A stretch of DNA of 63,344 nucleotides, filler included, from Squatina squatina (lineage: Eukaryota), in the NCBI GenBank assembly GCA_031763465.1. It is 4 parts of 4 records of this genome, joined end to end, with 100 filler letters (N's around TTAATTAATTAA, not from the genome) between each part and the next. Parts side by side here need not be neighbours in the genome. Positions count along the whole stretch, not along the records: positions 1 to 22,703 come from JARFOE010000080.1; positions 22,804 to 35,791 come from JARFOE010000079.1; 2 more parts are not named here. One strand, 5' to 3'. Below are positions 13,843 through 25,970 of this stretch, in pieces. Under the pieces are notes generated by a model. It was not told the DNA's origin, did no database searches, and was given only the letters and a program-made list of their open reading frames with translations. Numbering within the stretch: the stretch's first letter is position 1; every line of letters begins with the position of its first letter. The translations under genes were made by a program, and so were the position numbers.

Positions 13843-15210
13843 GTGAGGTATTACATTTTGGTAAGAAAAATAAGAAGGTCACATATTACTTAGAAAATAA
13901 GAATCTAAATAGGGTAGAGGAACAAAGGTGTCTGGGAGTACAAATACTCAGATTACTAAAAGTACCGACATAGGTTAATAAGGACATATAAAAAGCAAAC
14001 AAAGCACTAGGGTTTATTTCCAAAGGGATAGAATTGGAAAATAGTGAAGTTATGCTAAACTTGTATCGAACCTTGATTAGACCATACTTGGAGTACTGTG
14101 TGCAGTTCTGATTGCCATATTATAAAAAGAATACAGAGGCACTGGAAAGGGTGCAAAAAAGACTGACAAGGATGATAGCTGAAATGTGAGGTTAGACTTT
14201 TTCAGGATAGGATGAACAGGCTGAGTCTCTTTTCTCTTGAACACAGAAGGCTAAGGGGTGACCTAACAGAAGTCTTGCAATTTATTAAAGGTTTTGATAG
14301 GATAGTCACAGAGAGAGTGGCCAAAATTTTCTCCAGGGAGACAGGTTGGGGCAGGAGGCATCCGAGGCAGGTGGGAAACTCCCGGGAGTCCAGTTTTCCT
14401 GCAAGTCCTGCTGACTTTAATGGCAAGGCCTGATTTGAATGTGAGGCCTTGGATTCCCACTTGTAGCCAGCCAGATTGAGAGGCTGACTGTGGGTGGGTA
14501 GGTGTCAGTTGCGGAGAGGGAGTGAGGGGTCGGTCCTGAGGAGGGATGTATGGGGGTGATCGGGGAACGGCTGGCTCGGTTGGGGATCATGGAGGAGTGG
14601 GGGTCGGCGAATGGCTGGCTTGGTCGGGGATTGCAGCGGAGGAGCCAGGGAACGTCAGGGCAGGATCGTGGGGGGAATGAGGAAACGGCAAGGGATGATC
14701 GGGGATCACAGGGGTGACGGCGAATCGAAGTGGAGNNNNNNNNNNNNNNNNNNNNNNNNNNNNNNNNNNNNNNNNNNNNNNNNNNNNNNNNNNNNNNNNN
14801 NNNNNNNNNNNNNNNNNNNNNNNNNNNNNNNNNNNCTGTTTTGCCCCATTATCGCTCCTCGGAGGCGCTAACGGGGCGCAACCGGAGCTGAATTTCTAGC
14901 CCATTGTTTCCAGTAGCAGAAGGGTCGGTAACCAGAAGACACAGATTTAAGATAATCGGCAAGAGAGCTGGGGCTGATGAGGAGAATTTTTCTTACACAG
15001 CGAGCTGTTGTGATCTGGAATGCGCTGCCTGAAAGGGTGCTGGAAACAGATTCAATAGTAACTTTCAAAAGGGAACTGGATAAATAATTGAAAAGTAAAC
15101 ATTTTGCAGGGTTATGGGGAAAGAGCAGGGATTAATTAGATAGCTGTTTCAAAGAGCCGGCACAGGCACCCTGGGCTGAATGGCCTCCTTCTGTGCTGCA
15201 TGGTTCTGTG
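13843..15210 (+). mobile_element. CR1 LINE 3' part interrupted by a GC-rich DNA-transposon insert (14317-14902)
   Basis: EVLHFGKKN...LEYCVQF...LFSLEHRRLRGDLTEV, resuming at 14903 with tgtttccagtagcagaagggtcggtaacc and the CR1 3' UTR. Confidence 0.88.
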
Positions 15211-15437
15211 ATAAGCCAGGATTGGACCTTCATGCTCTGATTGGCTCAGTACTGCACCACACGGTGCATTCCGCCACTTGAGCCCGCCCATTGCTTTTTG
15301 TTGACACTGAAGTGAATAGTTTAATTTCTGGGGTTCACAGACTGTAAGTAGTCAGTTCTGTTGCGGAGACAGCTCACCATCCAGACTTTACAACTTGGCT
15401 CAGTTTTTAGCGTTTTCGACTTCGAGTGAGAAGGTCA

Positions 15438-15660
15438 CAGGAACATAACAACAGCCCCTTGAGCCTGCTCCACCGTTCAATTCAATCATGGCCGATCTTA
15501 ACTCCGTTTACCCGCCTTTGCCCCATATCCAACAAAAATCTATCAATCTCAGCCTTGAAAATTTCAATTGACCCTGGACGCCCACGGCCTTTTGAGAAAG
15601 AGAGTTCCGGATTTCCACTCCCCTTTGTGTGAAAAAAGTGCTTCCGATTTCATTCCTAAC
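15438..15660 (-). mobile_element. CR1 LINE 3' end
   Basis: caggaacata...cagcccctcgagcctgctcc-type CR1 tail. Confidence 0.75.
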
Positions 15661-16059
15661 TCTCATTTTCAGATCACAGGTTCAAGCCCCACTTGAGCAC
15701 GTAATCGTGCCTGACAGCTGCAGTACNNNNNNNNNNNNNNNNNNNNNNNNNNNNNNNNNNNNNNNNNNNNNNNNNNNNNNNNNNNNNNNNNNNNNNNNNN
15801 NNNNNNNNNNNNNNNNNNNNNNNNNNCGTTGCGCGCCAACCCTCCGCGGAATTCACCGGGCAAGGCACAAACGCCCAAGGTGAATTCCCCGGGATGTGAG
15901 ATGGCTGCCTCCCGGCGTCATTTTGTGCTTTTTTGCCCCGTAAGAATCCCTCGGAGGCGCTAATGAGGCGAAATCTGAGCTGAATTTCTCCCCCTATAAG
16001 TTGTGGTATATCCAAAGGTTAACAGTAAGGGCCTACTGTATCAATGTATTTGCAAACCA

Positions 16060-16390
16060 CAAATAAAAAGAAAACGTCAGAAAATACTGGAAAATCGTAG
16101 CACATCTGTAAAGAAAAATGGTGGTTAATGTTTCAGGTGTAACAGTTCAAAAACCTGTTGGCTGTCAAATAAACCTATTTACTATTCTCTATGACAGGAG
16201 ACAGCATCTGACCTTTGACTTTTACCTGTTTTCCGTTTCTCTCATCTTTTATTTTGTTCAGTTCTGATAAGGACTCACGTCTCTTCCAATTTTGACAAAG
16301 GGTTTACATATAAAACATTAAACTCTCTGTTCTCTTTGTAGATGCTGATGGACCTGCTGTGCAGTTCCAGCATTTTCTCTTTCTATCTGC
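16060..16390. mobile_element. Inverted-end repeat (Penelope-terminus-like)
   Basis: agaaaatactggaaa...catctgtaaagaaaaa on the left and its inverse tctctttgtagatgctg...ttccagcatttt on the right; another copy at 58500-58640. Confidence 0.5.
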
Positions 16391-16469
16391 AAACTACATG
16401 TTGTGCTGCGTCAGTTTGCTCAAAGAGAAACAATTACATGAATTGAAAAATAATCATCCAAATAGTTTA

Positions 16470-16598
<129 letters not shown>

Positions 16599-17599
16599 TC
16601 AGACAAGGAAATGACAGAATTTAATTTAATCACTTTTATTGACAAAACCCAGAGGTAAAGTCTATCTATAACAAGGTTATATGGTCCAAAAAGGACATGT
16701 TGTGAAGTCTGGAGGGAGAATTTATTACAAATTGTATGGAAAAGTCTACTGTCCTGTGCCTACTTACCAAACAGCCTCACGAGGCTTTTAAGGGGTCAAC
16801 AAAGATTAACGGCCCCCAACTGGGTTGCCCTGCATTTCAAACTTAGGCACACGAATAACAGTCATATTTGCACTGGATTTGCACTGGTAACTTAATTATG
16901 GGAATTGGTCTTTTTGAAAAAAATTTTCAGATGGGGTCTAAATTCAGTTCAAATCCAGTGTAAGTTGGTGCTGGACCAGCCTACTTAGGGAGTAAGTCCT
17001 TGAACTAATTGATCACAATCACTCAGTTGCAAGTCCAGCTCAGCCCTTAAAGGGGATGTTTGCTGATAGAAAATCATTGACTCGGACAGTGGACATTTGT
17101 GTCANNNNNNNNNNNNNNNNNNNNNNNNNNNNNNNNNNNNNNNNNNNNNNNNNNNNNNNNNNNNNNNNNNNNNNNNNNNNNNNNNNNNNNNNNNNNNNNN
17201 NNNNCTTTTGTATAATTGTCTGAAGGATTTGGTCAGCCTGTCTTCCTCAAATCAGTGAGTCTGCTTGCCACCTTCAAAGACAGATAGCTAAGCCGGAACA
17301 CTTCCATAGATGGCAACAAAAGGAAAGGAATATATAAAATATTACTTATATTATAATTTAGGGCAACAGTTACAAATTATTTGCTATTTTCTACTAAATG
17401 AGAATCTAACTAAGTATGGACAATGTTTGTTGGGTAGGACCAAGGTAATAGGCGTTGGGAAGAGGATGGAAGTTGGCAGTTCAACTTCAGTAAAAGTGTG
17501 TGGCATGTTCTGGGAATAAAGACAATCTGAATTTTCATTGTAAAAACAAAATTGGTCAGTGGTGGATACCTCCATTACAGGAGCTCTTGCTGAGAGTTC

Positions 17600-17770
17600 C
17601 ACATCAATTTCCTTGCCTGTACATCAGTTCAATCCTCTTTCTGCGAGTCTCCAGTTCTTCCTCATCGTCCTGCTGTATGTTCACCCTTCATGGGATGTCA
17701 AAATTGTGCAGCATGCAACAGACTAATGATTTTGGAGACTTTAGCTAGACTGTCCAGCTGCATGCAAACT
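17600..17770 (-). mobile_element. Harbinger DDE transposase C-terminal remnant
   Basis: KVSKII...CCMLHNF followed by acidic DDEEE, the HARBI1-type C-terminal motif, with a frameshift. Confidence 0.55.
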
Positions 17771-18369
17771 AAGCAATCCAAATAACAGAACTGCTGTTTC
17801 AACTTTCTTATGGTGTAAAAGTGGTGAAATTCAGTACGTTATTTCATTTTAATAACATTGTTATTTAAATGTGGGTTGTACTTATCTGTAGCACTACTTC
17901 CTTTCTGCACCAAAAATCACCAAATTATTTGCCGGCCATGCCTCATAAAAATTAGGGCTTAAAAGTAAAATTTAAATAATTTTTAGTCAGTAATCCATAA
18001 CTTTTGGAACAAGCGTTGGATATTGAATCAGGTGAATAAAGTCTTGCAGTACATTCATACTACACTTTCAGTGTTGGTACAAAGTGGCTTTGGCCTTGAG
18101 CCTGGAGAATAAATCAGATTCTGAAGTGAAGCAGAGCAAAACTGTTCCTCCTCTTCTTCAGGCCCTGACACCAGATTCAGAATGCATTTATACTATAACT
18201 GCAGAGAAACAGTTTTGCACCTATCCTGCAGTGTAAATGCAACCTAAATTGTCATTAAAAAATCCGTATTCTATTTATCAACCCCTCTTGTGACCTTGTG
18301 ATTTCTGTAAGAAGGAAACCAACAATTATTGCATTTTGAAACAGAAATTTTGTAAAAAAAAATGCTGTA

Positions 18370-18580
18370 ATGAATTGACCAAAAATATGAAAAGCAAAAA
18401 ATAAACTAATGACTAAAATATTTTTCCTGGACTAAAATAAAAATGACTAAAATATGGAAGGAAAAAATTGAACTAAAATAATTACATTTCTTCCAAAGAC
18501 CATAATAAAAATAAAATTCAAAGTCCAGAAAACACACTAAAACTAAAATTAAAATAATTTCTACAACTAAAATTACATTG
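18370..18580. repeat. Degenerate (G)ACTAAAA multimer, probable DNA-transposon subterminal repeat
   Basis: Several gactaaaat/aactaaaat units within about 200 bp. Confidence 0.5.
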
Positions 18581-21212
18581 GTCTGGACTTACTTTTCTAG
18601 ATATACATATGAAGAAAGGATAGCTGGGCAGAGTTGCCAGACTCTATAAAATCACACCCGAGTATGTGTCACTACTGTGAGCATTTTCCAGAGAAAATGT
18701 TTACACTATAATTGCAGGTAGAGAAAAGAGTAAAGGGAAATAATTGTGGGCAGAGGGGGAGTTAGTTAATGGCAACGTGATTTTTACAACATAAAAATGT
18801 TTTGCTTTGAATGTTCTCTGGCACCATATGTAATATATTTGGCACAATTTCCCCCTTTTCTCTTTCCATCAATTTTCTCTTCTATCCTCTTATTCACCCA
18901 AAGCTATTGACCACTTGCTTGGTTCCACTGGCACCATTTTTCATGTGTGAGCTTGTCCTTCTCATGCTGTCCTCACAAATGCACTGCCATCAAGAATTGT
19001 GCTCCCCTTGGTGTCAAAATGGTCTTGTCTTTCATTTGTTCTTCTGCTTCTCCTTGGTGACAGTATCACCTTGGCTGCTCTTGAGGTACAAATGGTTCAT
19101 TTGATTGCAGTGGCCGTCCTCTCATGACAGCTTGGTCTTGGGAAGGGCATGCTGCAGGCTACATTTCTTGACTTTTTGACTAGTCAGCCTAGTCTTGCCT
19201 CCTACTCATCACTTGTGTGGAGCTGTAAAGGGATAGGCCTGATGCCTGACATTTGATGCAGTCCTAAAAATTCACACACTAAGCTGGTCAGCTCCAGTCA
19301 TTGCCATTCTACTGGGCTCAGAATCTGTCAGGATTGATGGTCCTAACTGATCCTGAAAGCCCTGCGAGAAAGTGACCTATATTTTGGCCCCAATTGCCTG
19401 AAAGCGAGAACACAAGGTTCTGTCTAACCTGTTTCCCTAGTTTCCAAGCCTGCAATCTGTGCAAAAACGGAAACAGAATTAAATTCATCCACTCTTGGCT
19501 GGTTAGCAGGGCCAAGTAAAATGGAGACACTGTAGGTTCTCACCTGCTATCGTAAAACCTCCCTTCAGAATGAACTGAAACTGGGGTCACTCAGCAAAAG
19601 CAACTATACTGTAAATTCTCATCTAGGTTAAATAATCTACTTATCACAACAAATACATGATAGCGCATTAATGGTTTTAAAAATCTAATTACATTTGATG
19701 GTTTAAAGTCATCTTGTAAAAGCAGTCATTTAAATTTTATTTACCAAAAAAATTGAAAAAAAGTGCTTCCAGTAAAAATAATTCTGTTGCACTAGATGTA
19801 CAATGCTACCGTTGATTCCTTTCCAATGTGAGGAATGCATATAAGATAAGTTAATTCTATCTCCACTACAATGGAAAATGGCTGATTGAATGTCTCAGTG
19901 CTGCAGCACTTTTGTTTTTAACAGTTGATATAATTTTCAACAGTAATACACAGCAAGTACTAAATACTACAATTTAAAGAAAAAAGACAGTTACATTTCT
20001 GGATAGCAGCCAGATAGAATTTCTTCAATTAGAAATGGAACCCATGGTGAAAAGGATGTAGTGGATGTAAATATGCAGAACCCCAGTAGATTTAAATACC
20101 CATCGTGAGCAGCTGTGAACAAGTCATGCTCAATTTATTGAAATAATAGTTGAATCTTAATCAGGCACCAAATGCTATTTTTCACAGGATGCAAATATTT
20201 AAATTGCACTTTCAAGAATTTTAATAAATAGCTGCTTGCCATCCAAAACTTAACAAGAAAGATTTATTAAAAGAGAAGCGGCATATGTGTGGTTCAGCAA
20301 ATTTCCTTAATTTGCAGTACATATTTATCTACAAGGATAAAATGAGACCCCTTTGACAGGGTAGTGGCAACACATTCTGGAGGAATACATTGTAGAATGG
20401 TATGGTAGGTCATGGGTTTGTGCTCATAGTTCTCCACTTATAGAAATACAAGACAGAAAATGTATGATTAAACCCAGACTGCTCATATGACCCTCCCAGT
20501 AGGCAATTATACATTGGCATCAAAACAAGCCACCTGACTGGCCCTATTAATAAGAGAAATGGCAAATGATATATGTAAGTGAGGCAGGGGAAAAGAGGAG
20601 ATTTGAAGGTAAAACAAATCGTGTCACATGTGTCACAATTATATGTACTAAACACTGAAAATTCTTGAAATGCTCCCAAAAAATCACCACTGCCTAAGTG
20701 TATGTACAGAATTTATTTGAAAATTAGGAAGAAAACAACTGCATGAAAACAGCATTAAACCAGCAAGGAATAACTCCTTTCCACATCTCTCAGAAACATC
20801 TCAAAGTACTTCTCATACAAAGTATTAAAGTTGCTGTCAAGATCCTAGAAACAGCAATATGACAAATGAAGTTAATCTGTAACTGGTAATGCTGGTTTAG
20901 GGAAGAGCGTTGCCAGGATACTGGGAGAACTCTCCTCATTTCATTGAATGGTTTCACAGAATATTTAACGTCCACTTGATCCACTGGAACAAGCAGAGGT
21001 GGCCTCAGATTAACATCTCACCTGAAGAATGGTTCCTCAGACAATTCAACTACACTGCAGCATCTGCCTACATTACATGCTCAAGTCCTGGAGGTCAGCT
21101 TGAATCTACAGACACCTGGGGTCAAAACAAGAGTCTGATGAACTGAAGCAAGGGAACAACTCAAGATGCCAAAGTCAGCGCATACAAATGCATTATGACC
21201 TGAAAAGACAAA

Positions 21213-21722
21213 GGGGTCCCAATTGGTTAGCGCCACGTTGCCAGCATTAGGTGGCCAAAAAAGGGTCTGTTAGTGCCGGGTTCAGGTTCCTGCAGTGATG
21301 AGGCATTGGTCTCTTTAAAAAAAGATTTCAGTGGTGGCGCTAATGGGGCTTAATGGGGGCGCTATTCAGTTCAGCCGCAGCTCTTAGAGGGAAAAGCGTT
21401 CTGGACGTGACCAATTCCAGGAGCTATGTATTTGGTGCAAATCATTTTCAAGATCACTCCAGCCCTCAAAGGCAATGTGCAGCCTCTCTTTCTCTTCTGT
21501 GTGCTTTCTGGAAACTGCATGATGGCTGCTGCAACTCATGAACAGAGGACCAAGTGCTTTACAGAGTGAGGCTTGGAGACACTGGTGAAGACCCAGGGGA
21601 AACAGCTGTTCATGCCAATGGGGCGAAGGATGGCACCCCAGGTGAGGGAACTGTGGGTCAAGATCGCCCGGGAGGTGTCGGCAATTGATAGCCTGAATGG
21701 GACTCCGTCTCAATGCCACAAG
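21213..21722 (+). mobile_element. PIF/Harbinger transposon 5' end with degenerate Myb/SANT ORF
   Basis: GGGGTCCCAATT terminus; LETLV...LFMPMGRR...LWVKIAREVSA...TPSQCHK resembles the Harbinger Myb/SANT (NAIF1/MSANTD-like) domain. Confidence 0.7.
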
Positions 21723-22128
21723 NNNNNNNNNNNNNNNNNNNNNNNNNNNNNNNNNNNNNNNNNNNNNNNNNNNNNNNNNNNNNNNNNNNNNNNNNNNNNN
21801 NNNNNNNNNNNNNNNNNNNNNNACTCCATATACCCGCCTTTGGCCCACATCCCTTTTGGTGAACAAAAATCCAACAATCTCAGATTTAAAATGTAAAGAA
21901 ATGTGGGGAGTAGTTTTAACCTAATCCACCATGTCATAGAGTTTTCCACAGACCCCTTGAGTTGTTACTTCCTCAAAAATCTCAAGGAAGCTTATTTTAA
22001 ATTATACTTTTTATTTTTATAAAAACACGCAGCAATCCATTCTGTAGTATTGAGGTAATTACTGTGCCATATACTGCAGATTATTAAAGTGACTTACCAA
22101 GAAAAACAAAACTAGTCACAATACTTAC

Positions 22129-22449
22129 CTCTACCTGCTCATACCAGCTACTATGAGATGGACAAGTACATTCAGACCACCAGTCACAGTTAACACTCTT
22201 CATCTTAGACACGCTTTTGCTGGGGCTTTTCAGGGCACTATCACGCAGTGCAGTAAACTTGGTCCGATTTCGAGCTGTGGTAACTTCTGAAGTTGGCAGA
22301 GACTCGGTACTATAGTAGTATCCTTGTGGTTCATGCCACCAACCACAGGAGCAATGAGGTTCACTCACAACCATTGACATGGTTCTTGCAGCTTCTAAGC
22401 CATTTGGGCCTCTGCAGCAGCTGTGATGCTTATTTAGGTAAGTTGTCAT
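22129..22449 (-). CDS. DLG2: DLG2 (PSD-93) alternative first coding exon, Cys/His-rich SAP102-like N-terminus
   Basis: ATG at 22449, MTTYLNKHHSCCRGPNGLEAARTMSMVVSEPHCSCGWWHEPQGYYYSTESLP...DWWSECTCPSHSSWYEQ(VE). Resembles the human DLG2 isoform starting MNAYLTKQHSCSRGSDGMDAVRS...HCACGWQ. Phase-0 donors after 22135 (GTAGAG) and 22129 (GTAAGT). Confidence 0.88.
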
Positions 22450-22747
22450 GTTGCCACAATCAGCTTTCTGGCTGACTGATAAAAATCTTGGATACGAAAG
22501 CAGAGTCCTTTTACCTACTCTACACTACCACTGCTGCTGTTAAAGCAATGCACCGTGGGAGAAAGGCAGCAGAGCTGCACAGCATTATCTGCTGCCTGGT
22601 AGCTCTTCGTCGACAGATGACTCAACACACAGAGCAACTTGACAGCATCCTTGCTCTAGGCATAAGCAATCAATGCACTGTTCAGCCAGCTACAAAAGTA
22701 GACNNNNNNNNNNNNNNNNNNNNNNNNNNNNNNNNNNNNNNNNNNNN

Positions 22748-22759
22748 TTAATTAATTAA
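22748..22759. other. Artificial scaffold spacer TTAATTAATTAA
   Basis: 12-mer with stops in all frames, centred in a 100-nt N block; gene content changes across it. Confidence 0.95.
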
Positions 22760-24629
22760 NNNNNNNNNNNNNNNNNNNNNNNNNNNNNNNNNNNNNNNNN
22801 NNNTCGGCTGTGAGCATCCATGTTTGTATTATAGTTATAGTCTGTTTCCGAGTTAATAAAGACTTCTTATGTGCTGGAAGTCCCTCACTGATTCTGTGAA
22901 GACATAGAACCACGAACACGAAAGAGAGCAAAACTGAAGTGATGCATAACAACTACATAAACCCAGAGACTATATGCCAGCCTTGAAATCACCGTCCCAA
23001 AGTATATTTCTAAATATACAATTTAAATCACAATTCAAGACCGAAAATTGTAAAATCTACCCAACTGTGTGAACGTTGTTGAGGTGATTTGATTACGTCT
23101 TGGCTCAATTGTTCTGGATGAAGGCCGGTGTGTTCCATTCCTGAAGGGTAATCAAGGCTTGTAATCACTGCAAATGTATTGAGTGATAATCAACAGTTGA
23201 TTACTGAGTAATATGAATTGCTGTATGTTGTAAAATAATTAGTTCCTGAATCACACATATTGGGCATTTGCCACCATAACAATCGCTGGATTGGAAAGCA
23301 GTTCATTATTTATGAAGGCATCAAGACATTTCTCAGACATGATCAGTCATTATGTAAGTGGAAGTCTTTCTGTTTTGGTGATGCGGTTCGATGTCTGTGC
23401 CTGATACAGTCCGGGGGGAGTTGATTGAGTTGCATTTTGATATTGACTGCTGCTGTTACGCAGTAGTGCAACTTCACAACAAAATCAGCTAAGTGAAATC
23501 TTATTAACATTAATAAAAATGCATAATTAATAACCAAGCTCCAAATATTCATATATTTTGGCTCTAAACAACATTCAACTACTTTAGTGATGAGAGAGAC
23601 TCAAGGCACTTGAAACAAATGCACTAAAAGATGATCCTTCACTATCGATTATTTTCGACAAGCTAAGAAGTCATAAATTTTTAATTTGTGCCCATTTGCA
23701 CAAAGTCACTGATACTGCCAGCTGTTTTGCAAATTATTGAGAAGAAATAATTTTTTCCCTCTTTTGCAGCAATGNNNNNNNNNNNNNNNNNNNNNNNNNN
23801 NNNNNNNNNNNNNNNNNNNNNNNNNNNNNNNNNNNNNNNNNNNNNNNNNNNNNNNNNNNNNNNNNNNNNNNNNNCCACCTCGTGAGTTCGGCAGTAACGT
23901 ATCTGCATTAATTCATTCTTACTCTGAAATCCTGCATTTGAATTAAAAACACTTAGGCTCGGCTTTTTTGAATCACCTGGAGCTGCAAGAAGCAATTTCT
24001 TAAGCTGCCTCTTACTAACTTACTACCGAATGCAGCACAGCTTTGAAAACATCTCACGAGGTGGACGGCTCACTGCTGGATCACAGTCTCAAACTGCAGC
24101 AATGCAGGATTTCTTGCCACTTTTCCACCAAGCCAGTTCGCATCACCATGGATGTCTTCCTTCAGCCAGTACATTGGAGTGGAGGGCATGTTGGCCTGCA
24201 GAAGAGCTGTGGAAATCCCATAAAAATGGCATAAACGTCACCCACACCATTTTTCCTGGCGTTTCTGCGTGTCTTCCGGCCAAATTTACAGTGGACGATT
24301 CAGGGAACCCCTGTGGGAATTCACCCCAAATATGTATAGTTAATGCCAAGCTCTCACAGTAGGCTGAGGGGGCAGGAGTAGTTTAAGTGTTGAAGGAATG
24401 CTGACTGGCCAAAGGCACGTGAATTGCAGAGCTAAGTGACAAAGAGCGTCCTCCAAAGTATTGCAAAGTCACTTCCTATCCATAGTTCTAAAGGGAAAAA
24501 AACACAGGCAAAATGGCAATTAAAAATTGAAGATGCTGGATAAATAAATGGCACAGCTCCACCAGCTTCTGTAAAGAGAAAAAAAAGCTTCATCTTTCAG
24601 GTAGAGAGTAAACTGGAGAGGGAAGGTAG

Positions 24630-24888
24630 TTGGGTTGCCAAATCTGGCTGCATATTCCTGAAGGCTTCATCATATAACCTCCTGCCTCCAATTGGACCGC
24701 GCAGTCGAAGAGCCTTTTGTCCCATCTACAATGTTTTTACAAGTAATAATCAAAGGATATGAATAAAACACACAATTTATTTTGAATGCTCTGATGATTT
24801 TTCTCCTGGGTTTGCTCGCAGCAGTGTCCAGGAGATGAATCTTCAGCTCCAGGAGGCTCCAGGGCAATCCTGGAGGGCTGGCAAGCAC
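24630..24888. mobile_element. hAT-like MITE
   Basis: GGGTTGCCA left end and CTGGCAAGC right end with ccaggag subterminal motifs. Confidence 0.55.
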
Positions 24889-25743
24889 AGAAGGCAGGTG
24901 AGCCCCTTTATTGGACTCCAAAATGGCCTCCTCTTTGTACCGTCAAACTGAGAGAATTGAATGCTGTCTCTGACATCAGCAGCTGTGCACAGTTGGACAC
25001 AAACAAACAATCAGTATAATTGTAAGTGACCTTTCAGCTTATTCACAATTATAATTAGGGTGGATTTGTTCTTTGAAATTATGGCAGAGGCAACATGAAT
25101 TTGCATCATCAGTGCCCCACTGCATCAGCAAATAATATGTAATTTATGTCAAGCATATACCGCATTATACTCCAAGGATTGGAAACTCAAATATCTTTTA
25201 AGTAATACATCATAAGAAGGTTGAAATGGCATTTGCAACAATCAAAATCATTTTATTTTTTAGTTGATATGAAGCGGATTAGTACAGACCTTTTCTTACC
25301 AGTCTCTGAGCACAAAACAAGGCTAATCTTGCAATTATGTTTAAATCCGGCAAGTTGCCTTCAAGTCTGCGTGCATCAGAGTTTACTGAAAAGAAAGACT
25401 TGCATTTATATAGCGCTTTTCACGACCACCGGATGTCTCAAAATGCTTTACAGCCAATGAAATACTTTTGGAGTGTTGTCACTGTTGTAATAAATATACT
25501 GATCAAACAAATGGCCATTTGATATCGTTGCGAATGAGCACTTCTGGTCCAGGGTACAGCTCCTGACAGGTTTGGTTCGATGGGGAAGCCAATACTGCAA
25601 ACCCCACCCCCACCCCCACCCCCCGACCCCCGCTCAAGCCTCTNNNNNNNNNNNNNNNNNNNNNNNNNNNNNNNNNNNNNNNNNNNNNNNNNNNNNNNNN
25701 NNNNNNNNNNNNNNNNNNNNNNNNNNNNNNNNNNNNNNNNNNN

Positions 25744-25970
25744 GTGCCTTCTGTTGCCTAGGCCCCAAGCTCTGGAATTCCTTAAACCTCTCCGCCTCTC
25801 TACTTCTCTTTGCTCCTTTTAAGATGCTCCTTAAAACCTACCTCTTTGACCAAGCTTTTGGTCACCTGCCCTAATTTCTCCTCTGTCACATTCTGTTTTA
25901 TACCACTCCTGTGAAGCACCTTGGGATGTTTATTGCGTTAAAGGTGCTATTTAAATACAAGTCGTTGTTG
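25744..25970 (+). mobile_element. L2-type LINE 3' end
   Basis: AFCCLGPKLWNSL...FKMLLKTYLFDQAF and tail gtgaagcaccttgggatg...ggtgctatttaaatacaagt; a similar copy is at 33185-33395. Confidence 0.75.

Noticed and set aside
21824-21949. ORF containing LLDFCSPKGMW, resembling FGF14b LLDCFSPKSMW
   Set aside because: The DNA is a CR1 3' end (tttaaatctgagattg...ggcgggtatatggagt); the similarity is coincidental.
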